From Candidatus Nitrospinota bacterium M3_3B_026 (GTDB lineage Bacteria > Nitrospinota_A > UBA7883 > JBPRGF01), in contig JBPRGF010000014.1 in the NCBI GenBank assembly GCA_051418015.1, forward strand, positions 1-64,000: a stretch of DNA of 64,000 nt, written 5' to 3'. Positions within the stretch are counted from its first letter, which is position 1, and every line of letters starts with the position of its first letter. A model generated the notes under the pieces. It was not told the origin of the DNA and searched no databases. It saw nothing but the letters and a program-made list of their open reading frames with translations. The position numbers and the translations under genes are program-made. This document shows positions 25,536-39,123 of this stretch, in pieces.

Positions 25536-26555
25536 TCAATACTGCCTAGTATAAACCTTGAGACCCCCTCCAGAAAGCGAAAACGGAATCCGCCGCGGCC
25601 CGGCCCCCTCCACGGCCCGCGCCACGGCCTCGCGGAGCCGCGGCGCGACGATTATTATAAAACAACCCCCGCCTCCCGCGCCAAGGATCCTCGCCGCGTC
25701 CGCCCCGGCTCTCCGGGCGCGGGCGGCGGCCTTGTCGATCATGGGGGTCGATATGCCCGGGAAAAGACCCCGCCTGGCCTTCCACTCCTGCCGCACAGCG
25801 CGGACGAAGCTTTCCATGTCCCCCCGCCGCAGGGCGCCGGCCGCCTCCCGGGCGAGGGCGGCGATTTTTCCGAACCGGCTCACGGCGCGCCGGTCTCCCT
25901 CTATCACCCGTTTGAACATCTCCCAGTTGTTGATCCCGGAGTTTCTGGACTGGCCGGAATAGAAAAGCAGTATCCGCTCTTCCAAAAGCCGCCCGGCGGC
26001 GGGCAGATTTTCGCGGCGCATCCCGCCGGGGGGGAAGTGGAAGACGTTCACGCCCCCGTAAACCGCCGCGCCGTAGTCCTGCAGCCCCGTGGGGACGCGG
26101 AGGAGCGCCGCCTCGATGTCCCGGGCCACGGCGATAAGCCTCTCCCCGCCGAGTCTTTCGTCCGCGAGGCGCGCCATGGCGGCGGTGATGGCTATGTTCA
26201 GGGCGGAGGACCCGGCGAGGCCCGCCCCGGCGGGGGCTTCGGAGCGGGTCCTGATCTCAACGCCGCCGCCGTCCAGGAAGCGCTCCGCTATTCTGCTCAG
26301 CATCCCCAGGGCATGGCGGTGATGGAGGGCGCGGAGGTTTTCGAATTCCATGCGTTTTTCCCTGTCCTCGGAGATGAGGATTATCCTGTTGTCGCGTTTT
26401 CTTTTGACGCTTGCCCTGGCGCGGATGTCAACGGCCATGTTGACCGTTACGGGGCCGTCGAACATCAGGTTCAGGGGCCAGATGTCCAGCGTGCCCCCGG
26501 CCAGGTCTATCCTCGCGGGGGCCGTGGCCGTGACGGCGTCTTTTTCGGGTCTCAT
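25536..26555 (-). CDS. GHMP kinase (HddA-like sugar-phosphate kinase)
   Basis: APARIDLAGGTLD, PAGAGLAGSS, GLQD, GAGGGG. Start set at MRPEKD. Confidence 0.85.
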   Translation of the reverse strand: MRPEKDAVTATAPARIDLAGGTLDIWPLNLMFDGPVTVNMAVDIRARASVKRKRDNRIILISEDREKRMEFENLRALHHRHALGMLSRIAERFLDGGGVEIRTRSEAPAGAGLAGSSALNIAITAAMARLADERLGGERLIAVARDIEAALLRVPTGLQDYGAAVYGGVNVFHFPPGGMRRENLPAAGRLLEERILLFYSGQSRNSGINNWEMFKRVIEGDRRAVSRFGKIAALAREAAGALRRGDMESFVRAVRQEWKARRGLFPGISTPMIDKAAARARRAGADAARILGAGGGGCFIIIVAPRLREAVARAVEGAGPRRIPFSLSGGGLKVYTRQY

Positions 26556-27284
26556 TTTTTCCCTGCGGATTTCATTATCTTGTTCACCAGCTCCTTTTTC
26601 ACGTGTCGGGCCTCGCCGGGTTTCAGGTCCCCCAGGATGATGGGGCCTATGGAGACGCGCTTGAGCTTGGCCACCGGATGGCCGAGCGCCTCCAGGAGCC
26701 TGCGGATATGCCTTTTCCTGCCCTCGGTGAGGGTCACCTTGAGCCATGCGTTTCTGCCCGTCCGGCCGATTTTCTCCACCGCGGCGAACCTGAGCTTTTC
26801 GCCCCTTATGGTCAGGCCGGAGGTCATCTTCGCCATGGCTTTCGCGTCGGGGATGTTCCTGACCTTCACCTTGTACACGCGCTTGATCCTGTTTTTCGGC
26901 GCCATGACCGCCTGGGCGAAGTCGCCGTCGTTGGTGAAGAGCAGGAGCCCTTCGGACATGATGTCGAGCCTCCCCACGGGATAAAGGCTGGAAAGCTCCT
27001 TCGGCAGAAGCTCCATGACCGTTTTGCGCCCCCTCTCGTCGGAGCGGGTGGTGACGTATCCTTTGGGCTTGTGCAAGGCTATGTAGACTGGGGGGGCGAA
27101 GGTTTTGACGATCTTGCCGTCCACGCGGATCGCGTCCTTTTCCGGGTCGGCGCTGGAGCCCTTTTCTGTGACGGTTTTCCCGTTTACGGTGACCCTCCCC
27201 TCGTCGATGAGCCGCTCCGCCTCGCGCAAAGAGCAGACGCCGGCCGCGGAGAGGATCTTGTGGATCCTGCGGCGGGGGTCTTTT

Positions 27285-27956
<672 letters not shown>

Positions 27957-27958
27957 CT

Positions 27959-28777
27959 CTAACCGGCTCCATTTTCCCCGGCGGCTTCCGGCCGCTCTTC
28001 AGCCTGGGCGTCATCGGCCCCGGCGTCCGCCGCGTCATCGCCGTCACGGGCCGCGCCCTCGTCGGACGCCCTGTAGATCAGTATCTCCCCGCCTCGGCGG
28101 GTCTGCAGGGCGCGGGCCAGCCGCAGCCTCATAAGCTCCAGCAACGCAAGGAAGGTCGCTACGACCTCCATCCTGTTTTTGCCCCCGCCGAACAGGGAGT
28201 CGAAAGTGACGCTGTCCTCGGCCTCCAGCCTGCCCATGATGTAGTTGATCTTGTCGGTTACCGATATCTCCTCGAGGGTGAGGCTGAAATCTTCCCCGTC
28301 CCCGGCCTGCTCGAGCAGGCGTTTCAGGGATTTTAACAGCTCCAGCACGCTGACCTCCACCAGCAGATCGCCGTCGGGGGGGACATCCTCCTCCCTCGGC
28401 GGCCTGGTGAAGACCATGGACTGGTCCAACTCGCGCTCCTTCAGCCTGAGGGCGGCCTCCTTGTACTTTTTGTACTCCAGCAGCCGCGCCACCAGCTCCT
28501 CTCTCGGGTCTTCGGCCTCCTGCTCCTCCTCGTCCTCGGTGATGTCGGTTTTCGGCAGGAGGGTCTTCGATTTTATGTAGGTCAGCGTCGCCGCCATCAG
28601 CAGGTACTCCCCGGCCACGTCCAGGTTCAGCGATTTCATCAGCTCCAGGTACTCGAGGTACTGGCGGGTGATATCGGCTATGGGGATGTCGTAGATGTCC
28701 ACCTGGTTCTCCTTTATCAGGTGGAGCAGAAGGTCCAGGGGACCTTCGAAGACGTCGAGCTTTACGTTGTAGGCCAT
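27959..28777 (-). CDS. scpA: SMC-Scp complex kleisin ScpA
   Basis: FEGPLDLLLHLI, FLALLEL. Confidence 0.96.
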   Translation of the reverse strand: MAYNVKLDVFEGPLDLLLHLIKENQVDIYDIPIADITRQYLEYLELMKSLNLDVAGEYLLMAATLTYIKSKTLLPKTDITEDEEEQEAEDPREELVARLLEYKKYKEAALRLKERELDQSMVFTRPPREEDVPPDGDLLVEVSVLELLKSLKRLLEQAGDGEDFSLTLEEISVTDKINYIMGRLEAEDSVTFDSLFGGGKNRMEVVATFLALLELMRLRLARALQTRRGGEILIYRASDEGAARDGDDAADAGADDAQAEERPEAAGENGAG

Positions 28778-29066
28778 CGGTTCATTTCGTTAATGGATCG
28801 CTGATTATACCGCAAGGCGCGCCGCCGGGGTAAAGACGGGATTTTAAGCCTGCCCTGGCGGGATGGTTTTTGAGGGGAGAATACAACTGGCCCCGGCGTC
28901 TTTCGACAGCGCCCCGTGTTGCCATCCTCGCGCCCCTCACGGGGGTAATCAAGCCGCGCCCGCAGAACCGGGCCGTGGCAGCCATTTGCGGACATTTCTG
29001 GCCGGTTTGGACGTCCTTGTCCGCTAAAAAGCGCCGTTCCGGGAAACGCGCCCGGGCTAAGTTTAT

Positions 29067-29085
29067 GATAATGAATATCATAATA
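29067..29085. promoter_or_regulatory. Fur-box-like operator
   Basis: GATAATGAATATCATAATA matches 15/19 of GATAATGATAATCATTATC and overlaps the inverted repeat TATGATA-N5-TATCATA (29064-29082). Confidence 0.7.
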
Positions 29086-29088
29086 CAT

Positions 29089-29104
29089 TGGCATGAGAAT
29101 TGAA
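29089..29104 (+). promoter_or_regulatory. Sigma54-like promoter (GA variant at -12)
   Basis: TGGCATGAGAATTGAA (GG-N10-GA). Confidence 0.5.
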
Positions 29105-29167
29105 CTCAGTATAAACAACGGCGGAACGGAGGATCGGCCTCCTCATATGGCAGGGAGAATTGAAGCA

Positions 29168-29302
29168 ATGAGCAAGGAAAGAAAAAGAGCGGAAGCAAAA
29201 GCGATAAAAGACGAGGCCGGTTTTTACCTGAGCCTTTTCAGCGGCGCCGCGGGCTTGGCGGCTGTTTACGTAATCATGCTGGCTTTGTCGCTGGCGGTTT
29301 GA
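29168..29302 (+). CDS. Small single-TM protein (44 aa)
   Basis: AGGGAG RBS; basic N-terminus followed by one hydrophobic helix (FYLSLFSGAAGLAAVYVIMLALSLAV). Confidence 0.6.
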   Translation: MSKERKRAEAKAIKDEAGFYLSLFSGAAGLAAVYVIMLALSLAV

Positions 29303-29306
29303 GATC

Positions 29307-29428
29307 GGGTTGACATGAGACGCGCGGGTTCCTTCCCCTATGCCCCATCCCCTTACACGCGCGTCTGACTGACGACCCAGGAAGCCGGCCGGAGAGTTCC
29401 CCCTCTTCTCCGGCCGGTTTTCCCCTCC
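29307..29428 (+). ncRNA. Candidate 3'-UTR regulatory RNA with C-rich loops
   Basis: Two strong hairpins (AGACGCGCG/CGCGCGTCT; CCGGCCGGAGA/TCTCCGGCCGG) with five unpaired CCCC tracts. Confidence 0.5.
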
Positions 29429-29447
29429 GCTCCAGGGTTATGAACGG

Positions 29448-29495
29448 CGCCTAAGATTCAGGCGCCGGTCTCTCCCGATGCTTGTCAAACAGGCG
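29448..29495. promoter_or_regulatory. Tandem NtrC-type enhancer sites
   Basis: 17-mers CGCCTAAGATTCAGGCG (29448-29464) and TGCTTGTCAAACAGGCG (29479-29495), 31 bp apart. Confidence 0.65.
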
Positions 29496-29528
29496 CCTGG
29501 ACGGAGCCTATGGATTCCCCTTGTTATG

Positions 29529-29541
29529 TAACATATTGATA
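29529..29541. promoter_or_regulatory. IHF site
   Basis: TAACATATTGATA matches YAANNNNTTGATW exactly and lies between the enhancer and the promoter. Confidence 0.65.
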
Positions 29542-29570
29542 ATATGGTCATAGTCCGGCGCTGTGTCGAG

Positions 29571-29586
29571 TGGCGCCCTCCTTGCT
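29571..29586 (+). promoter_or_regulatory. Sigma54 promoter of the porin-glnK-amtB-glnA operon
   Basis: TGGCGCCCTCCTTGCT (GG-N10-GC). Confidence 0.8.
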
Positions 29587-29699
29587 CTCCCCATAAAGCG
29601 ACGCAGATGGCCCCATGTCCGGGCGCCCGGATGCGCCGATTAACAACGACCTGTTCAAGGCAGGGAAGAGACTGAGGGAGAAAGGGGATTTTTAACGAG

Positions 29700-30713
29700 A
29701 TGAAAAACCTATTCGCCGCCATGGCGGCGGGCGCCATTCTTGTTTTCCTCGGAGGAGCCGCGGGCGCGGGGGAAGTTGTCTTTTCCGGCTTCGTCGACGC
29801 GAGTTACTACAACAACGCCCTCGACGAGACCAGCACTTTTTCACTGGACCAGGCGGAACTGGACATCGAGAAAACCATAGAGGGCGCGGGGGGGCTGCGG
29901 GCCGACATCCAGCACCTCAACGGCGACGAACTGACGGGCGACGATGTCCTGGAGCAGGGTTACATGTGGCTGGACCTGCCCGCGGGACTGGCCTTCACCT
30001 TCGGCAAGTTCAACGCGCCGATAGGCTGGGAGCTTCTGGACCCCAACGACATGTACCAGTTCTCCCACGCCATGGCCTTCGACTACGGTCTTCCGACGAA
30101 CCTGACGGGGGCCATGCTCTCCGGCGCGTTCGGCGTGGTGGATTTCTCCGCCTACGCCGTGAACGGCTGGGACCTGATATCCGACGACAACAAGGACAAG
30201 ACCATAGGCGGCCGCCTGGGGGTGACCCCCGCAGAGGGGCTTAACGTTGGTCTTTCCTATATCACCGGCAAGGAGGGGTCCGACGCCGGCGGGGCCGAGC
30301 CCATGGGTCTTTCCGTTCTGGACGTGGACGCGACGTTCACCATGATAGAGGGCCTGACAGTAGGCGCGGAGTTCAACATGGGGACGCAGGAGGGCGCCTC
30401 CGCCGTCGACGCCGGTGAGGACGCGGAGTGGACCGCCTATCTCGTGACGGCCAACTACGCCTTCACGGACAAGGCGGCGCTCACCCTGCGCTACGACGCC
30501 TTCGACGACAAGGACGGCGCGCGGCTTGGCGGCGGCGTCTCGGAGACCAGGCAGGCGTTCACCGTAAGCCCCAGCTACGCCATAGCCGACGGCTTCGGCG
30601 TGCTGGCGGAATACCGCTACACGTCGTCGGACGAGGAGGTTTTCGAAGACGCGGACGGGAATCCGAAGAAGGAGTCTTCCGAGTTTGCGGTGGAGTTCAC
30701 CTACACGTTTTAG
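29700..30713 (+). CDS. Outer-membrane beta-barrel porin (BBP2-like)
   Basis: Signal peptide, FGKFNAPIGWE, NGWD, AEYRY, terminal Phe (EFTYTF). Confidence 0.85.
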   Translation: MKNLFAAMAAGAILVFLGGAAGAGEVVFSGFVDASYYNNALDETSTFSLDQAELDIEKTIEGAGGLRADIQHLNGDELTGDDVLEQGYMWLDLPAGLAFTFGKFNAPIGWELLDPNDMYQFSHAMAFDYGLPTNLTGAMLSGAFGVVDFSAYAVNGWDLISDDNKDKTIGGRLGVTPAEGLNVGLSYITGKEGSDAGGAEPMGLSVLDVDATFTMIEGLTVGAEFNMGTQEGASAVDAGEDAEWTAYLVTANYAFTDKAALTLRYDAFDDKDGARLGGGVSETRQAFTVSPSYAIADGFGVLAEYRYTSSDEEVFEDADGNPKKESSEFAVEFTYTF

Positions 30714-30725
30714 GTGGTGTCGTGA

Positions 30726-32449
<1,724 letters not shown>

Positions 32450-32488
32450 CGGGCTTTATGGATATGTTTTAGGCCGGACCGCGATCAG

Positions 32489-32523
32489 CCCTTCCTCCGG
32501 TTTCCCTCAGGCCGGAGGAGGGG
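32489..32523 (+). other. Intercistronic hairpin between amtB and glnA
   Basis: CCCTTCCTCCGG...CCGGAGGAGGG stem with no adjacent U tract. Confidence 0.5.
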
Positions 32524-32578
32524 CGGCGCGGCTCCGGATTGTTTTTTTCACCAATCCTTTTGAGGGGAGGATGACTAG

Positions 32579-33991
32579 ATGACGCCAAAAGAGGTAATCA
32601 AGTTCGCGCAAGAGAACAACTGCGAGATGTTCGACATCAAGTTCCTGGATCTGCCGGGGATCTGGCAGCATTTCTCTTTCCCCATGTCAGAGCTGAAGGA
32701 GGAAATTTTCGAGGAGGGCCTCGGCTTCGACGGCTCCTCCATCCGGGGATGGCAGGCGATCCACGCCTCCGACATGATCGTGATCCCGGACGCGAAGACG
32801 GCCATCATGGACCCTTTCACGAAGTACCCGACCCTGTCCCTGATCGCCAATATCTATGAACCCATCACCATGGAGCCGTACACCCGCGATCCCAGGAACA
32901 TCGCCAAGAAGGCAGAGGCGCACCTGAAGGCCACGGGGATCGGCGACACGGTATACTTCGGTCCCGAGGCGGAGTTTTTCGTCTTTGACGATATCCGCTA
33001 TGATTCCGGCCATTCCGGGGCTTTCTACCACGTGGACTCCGTGGAGGCGCAGTGGAACACCGGCAGGGAGGAAAACCCGAACCTCGGCTACAAACCGCGC
33101 TACAAGGAGGGCTATTTCCCCGTGCCGCCGACGGACAGCATGATGGACATCCGCTCCGAGATGGTCCTGGTCATGCAGGACTGCGGCATCGAGATCGAGG
33201 CCCAGCACCACGAGGTGGCCACCGGAGGGCAGGGCGAGATCGACATGCGCTTCTCGCCGATCCTGGAGATGGCGGACAAGCTGATGATGTTCAAGTACAT
33301 CATCCGCAACGTGGCGAAGAGAAACGGCAAGACCGTCACCTTCATGCCCAAGCCCATCTGGGCCGACAACGGGTCCGGGATGCACACGCACCAGTCGATC
33401 TGGAAGGGCGGCAAGCCCCTCTTCGCGGGCGACGGCTACGGGGGCCTTTCGGAGATGGCGCTGAACTACATCGGCGGAATACTGAAACACTCCAAGGCCC
33501 TGGCCGCCCTCGTCGCGCCGACGACCAATTCCTACAAAAGGCTGGTCCCCGGCTTCGAGGCTCCGGTGAACCTGGCCTACTCGTCAAGGAACAGGTCGGC
33601 GGCCATCCGCATCCCGATGTACTCCGCGAGCCCCAAGGCCAAACGGATCGAGATCCGCTACCCGGACCCGAGCTGCAACGCCTACATGGCCTTCTCCGCC
33701 ATGCTGATGGCGGGGCTGGACGGCATCCAGAACAAGATCGACCAGGGCGAGCCGCTGGACAAGAACATCTACGGCCTCACGCCCGAGGAGCTTGCGGAGA
33801 TACCGGCGCTGCCGTCGTCGCTGGAGGAGGCCCTCGACGAGCTGGAGAAAGACCACGACTTCCTGCTCAAAGGGGATGTCTTCACCCAGGACGTCATCGA
33901 CACCTGGATCGGCTACAAAAGGGAGAACGAGGTCATGGAGCTCAAGATGCGCCCGCATCCCTACGAGTTCACGATGTATTACGACATCTAG
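32579..33991 (+). CDS. glnA: Glutamine synthetase type I
   Basis: [25 protein letters not shown], adenylylation-site-like NIYGL. Confidence 0.98.
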   Translation: MTPKEVIKFAQENNCEMFDIKFLDLPGIWQHFSFPMSELKEEIFEEGLGFDGSSIRGWQAIHASDMIVIPDAKTAIMDPFTKYPTLSLIANIYEPITMEPYTRDPRNIAKKAEAHLKATGIGDTVYFGPEAEFFVFDDIRYDSGHSGAFYHVDSVEAQWNTGREENPNLGYKPRYKEGYFPVPPTDSMMDIRSEMVLVMQDCGIEIEAQHHEVATGGQGEIDMRFSPILEMADKLMMFKYIIRNVAKRNGKTVTFMPKPIWADNGSGMHTHQSIWKGGKPLFAGDGYGGLSEMALNYIGGILKHSKALAALVAPTTNSYKRLVPGFEAPVNLAYSSRNRSAAIRIPMYSASPKAKRIEIRYPDPSCNAYMAFSAMLMAGLDGIQNKIDQGEPLDKNIYGLTPEELAEIPALPSSLEEALDELEKDHDFLLKGDVFTQDVIDTWIGYKRENEVMELKMRPHPYEFTMYYDI

Positions 33992-34020
33992 ACCACCGGC
34001 TCCCGGCAAGGGACGAAACG

Positions 34021-34064
34021 CCCGCCGGCCGACTCCTTTTGGGGCAGGCCGGCGGGTTTTTTTT
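34021..34064 (+). terminator. Intrinsic terminator of glnA
   Basis: CCCGCCGGCC/GGCCGGCGGG followed by T8. Confidence 0.9.
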
Positions 34065-34260
34065 GCTCCGGGGACGCCCCGGACAGGCCTTTGGCGCCAG
34101 GGCGCGGCCGCCAGAGTGGCCAGTTATATGTCAACTCGGCAAATTATTGAACATTTCGTTCATATTGATATGTGGATGGTGTTCCGCTGGAACAGCGCAA
34201 AGGCGACTTTAGTCAATGCCGTCCGGGAGTAATCTCTTGAAATTCATGCGTATTTTTAAA

Positions 34261-34276
34261 TGGCACAGCTATTGCT
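34261..34276 (+). promoter_or_regulatory. Sigma54 promoter with no convincing downstream CDS
   Basis: TGGCACAGCTATTGCT, essentially consensus; IHF-like TAATCTCTTGAAA at 34230-34242. Confidence 0.8.
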
Positions 34277-34286
34277 TGTATTTAAG

Positions 34287-34538
34287 AGACAAGATGTGGC
34301 GCAGTGTCACATCAATTAGGCGCCATGCTGGCGCCGGGTTGTTCAGGAGAGTGTCGGCCAGTCCGGGCGGGTTCCCGGGGTGGAGGCATCCTTCGAGCGC
34401 CCCGCCGGTTTCGCGCCGTCCGCCGTTTTTGGCGGGCTGATCAAAATTGGCGCTGCGGCCCGCGCGTCGATCTGACAACGCGTGGGTATATTGGGGCGTC
34501 CCGGATTCCCCCCACTGTTTGCGGGACGCCCCTTTTTT
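34287..34538 (+). ncRNA. Candidate sigma54-dependent structured sRNA (~250 nt)
   Basis: Lies between a sigma54 promoter and a plus-oriented terminator; a series of hairpins with G-U pairs. Confidence 0.65.
34493..34538 (+). terminator. Intrinsic terminator with an 18-nt C-rich loop
   Basis: GGGGCGTCCCG/CGGGACGCCCC followed by T6. Confidence 0.85.
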
Positions 34539-34556
34539 ATGCCGCGGCGTTGTTTT

Positions 34557-36861
<2,305 letters not shown>

Positions 36862-36955
36862 GCCTTCTCTACAAAGCCTTTTCACGGAGAAAAAGCGGCG
36901 GTTTCAACGCCTTCCGCCGCCTTCAGCTGTCGCATTATAGCATGGATAAACAATG

Positions 36956-37660
36956 TCAACCAAACGTCCCGGCGCGGCCGGCGCCGAGCATGGAGCGCAG
37001 GATCACGAGGCCGTCCTCCCCGCCGAGGACGCTCTCGCAGGCGCGCTCGGGGTGAGGCATCATCCCCGCCACGTTCCGCCCCTCGGAGAGCACCCCGGCG
37101 ATGTTTTGCGCCGACCCGTTCGGGTTCGCCCGCTCCGTCATGCTCCCGCCGGGGCCGCAGTACCGGAACAGGATCCTGTCTTCGCGCTCCAGGCGGTCCA
37201 GTGTATCGTCGTCGGCGACGTAGCGGCCCTCCATGTGGGCTATCGGGATCCGCAGAACGCTCCCCTTCTGCGCCTCGCTCGTGACGAACGAGTTTTCAGT
37301 CTCCACTTTAATATGAACGTCCGCGCAAATGAATTTCATGGAGGCGTTCTGGACGAGGGCGCCGGGCAGCAGCCCCGCCTCGGTGAGTATCTGGAACCCG
37401 TTGCATATCCCCAGGACCGGCCCGCCGGCCTTCGCGAAATCCGCCACCGCCTCCATCACCGGCGAGAACCGCGCTATGGCCCCGGCCCGCAGGTAGTCGC
37501 CGTAGGAGAAGCCGCCGGGGATTATCACCGCGTCGAACCCGGAAAGGGACGTCCGCCGGTGCCAGACGAACTCCGCCTCCCGCCCCAGGACGTGTTTGAC
37601 GGCGTGGTAGCAGTCATGATCGCAGTTGGAGCCGGGAAAAACCAGGACAGCGAACCGCAT
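36956..37660 (-). CDS. purQ: FGAM synthase glutaminase subunit
   Basis: [31 protein letters not shown]. Confidence 0.97.
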   Translation of the reverse strand: MRFAVLVFPGSNCDHDCYHAVKHVLGREAEFVWHRRTSLSGFDAVIIPGGFSYGDYLRAGAIARFSPVMEAVADFAKAGGPVLGICNGFQILTEAGLLPGALVQNASMKFICADVHIKVETENSFVTSEAQKGSVLRIPIAHMEGRYVADDDTLDRLEREDRILFRYCGPGGSMTERANPNGSAQNIAGVLSEGRNVAGMMPHPERACESVLGGEDGLVILRSMLGAGRAGTFG

Positions 37661-37665
37661 TCCCG

Positions 37666-38130
37666 TTACTTGAACACGTCCGCGAAGCGGCCCGAGGTGT
37701 GCCTCAACCGGGTGGACAGCGACCTTGCGATGTTGCGCAGTATCTTTATCCCCACCTGCGGGCTGTCGTTTAAAAGTCTCTCGAAATTGCCGGTGGTGAG
37801 GATCAGGAGCTCCGCGTCCTTTATCACCGTCGCCGTGGCGGAGCGGGGCGTGTTCTCCACGAGGCTCATCTCCCCCACCGACGCCCCCCTGTTGAACCGG
37901 GCCAGCACCGTCTGCCGCCCGTCGAGGGACTCTTTCCTGATCTCTATCACGCCGTCTACTATGTAGAACAGCGAGTCGCCGGCCGACCCCTCTTTGCAAA
38001 GGACAGTCCCCTCGGGCGCCGTCTGGCGGTAAACGTGCCTTGTCAGTATGTCCAGCTCCTCGGAGGAGAGCTGGTCGAACTGCGGCACCTCGCACATCAG
38101 CGCCTTGATATATTCCTCGTTCTCGCCCAT
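37666..38130 (-). CDS. Stand-alone cyclic-nucleotide-binding domain protein
   Basis: [19 protein letters not shown]...PRSAT; no HTH. Confidence 0.9.
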   Translation of the reverse strand: MGENEEYIKALMCEVPQFDQLSSEELDILTRHVYRQTAPEGTVLCKEGSAGDSLFYIVDGVIEIRKESLDGRQTVLARFNRGASVGEMSLVENTPRSATATVIKDAELLILTTGNFERLLNDSPQVGIKILRNIARSLSTRLRHTSGRFADVFK

Positions 38131-38134
38131 TCGC

Positions 38135-38380
38135 TTATTCCCCGATAAGCTCTATCCGGTAATTCTCCGTGACGGGGTTGGCGAGGAGTTTTTCGCACAT
38201 CCTCTTGATCGCCTTCTTCGCCTTCTCCGCGTCGTCCTCGTCTATCTCGATCTCGACGAGCTTGCCTATCCGGACGTCTTTCACCCCCTGCCCGTTTATG
38301 GCCGTGAGCGCCTCTTTCACGGCCTTGCCCTGTGGGTCGAGTATTCCTTTTTTGAGGGTGATCCTCACGCTCGCTTTCAT
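38135..38380 (-). CDS. purS: FGAM synthase subunit PurS
   Basis: LDPQGKAV, VRIGK, LLANPVTENY. Confidence 0.96.
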   Translation of the reverse strand: MKASVRITLKKGILDPQGKAVKEALTAINGQGVKDVRIGKLVEIEIDEDDAEKAKKAIKRMCEKLLANPVTENYRIELIGE

Positions 38381-38391
38381 GGGCGGGCTCT

Positions 38392-39123
38392 TCAGGAGAC
38401 GCCCAGGACGCGGCGGCTCATCTCCTCGTAGACCTCCTCCAGCCTGCCGAGGTCGCGCCGGAACCTGTCCTTGTCCATCTTTTCGCCGGTCTCCTTGTCC
38501 CACAGCCTGCATCCGTCCGGGCTGATCTCGTCGGCGAGAAGTATCCCCTCCGCGCTTCGGCCGAACTCCAGCTTGTAGTCCACTAGCGTGACGCCGGTCT
38601 TGTCGAAGAAGGGGACAAGCAGCTCGTTCACCCTGAAAGCCAGCCGTTCGATAAGGTCCATCTCCTCGTCCGTGGCCATGCCGAAGGCGCGGATGTGATA
38701 GCGGTTTATCATCGGGTCGCCCAGCTCGTCGCTCTTGTAGTAGTACTCCAGCAGCGTCTCGGACAGCGGCTCGCCCTCGGGTATCCCCATCCTCTTCGAA
38801 AGCGAGCCCGCCACGGCGTTTCTCATTACGATCTCCACGGGGATGATCTCCACCCTTTTGACCAGCATCTCCCTGTCGGAGAGTTTCTCGACGAAGTGGG
38901 TGGGGACGCCGGCCTTCCCAAGCAGCGAGAAGATGTGCGACGAGATGGCGTTGTTGACCACCCCTTTGTTGGTTATCGAGCCTTTTTTCTTGCCGTCGAA
39001 GGCGGAGGCGTCGTCCTTGAAATACTGGATGAGCCTCTCGGGGTCGGACGTGGCGTAGAGGATCTTCGCCTTGCCCTCGTGGATCGCCTCGCCTCTTGTT
39101 ATCGCGCCCGCCTGTCCCGTCAT
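38392..39123 (-). CDS. purC: SAICAR synthase
   Basis: EGKAK, DYKLEFG, LADEISPDGCRLWD, DKDRFR. Confidence 0.97.
   Translation of the reverse strand: MTGQAGAITRGEAIHEGKAKILYATSDPERLIQYFKDDASAFDGKKKGSITNKGVVNNAISSHIFSLLGKAGVPTHFVEKLSDREMLVKRVEIIPVEIVMRNAVAGSLSKRMGIPEGEPLSETLLEYYYKSDELGDPMINRYHIRAFGMATDEEMDLIERLAFRVNELLVPFFDKTGVTLVDYKLEFGRSAEGILLADEISPDGCRLWDKETGEKMDKDRFRRDLGRLEEVYEEMSRRVLGVS

Noticed and set aside
29590..29699. Glutamine riboswitch or ANTAR dual hairpin in the porin leader
   Set aside because: Only small hairpins (CCGGGCGCCCGG, AACA-ACGACC-TGTT); the conserved motifs and a terminator are not evident.
34180..34225. c-di-GMP riboswitch-like GCAAA segment
   Set aside because: Lacks the GEMM P1/P2 architecture and a downstream gene.
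34294..34440. 48-codon ORF inside the candidate sRNA
   Set aside because: No properly spaced SD, Pro/Arg/Gly-rich non-protein-like composition, and the start is buried in a hairpin.
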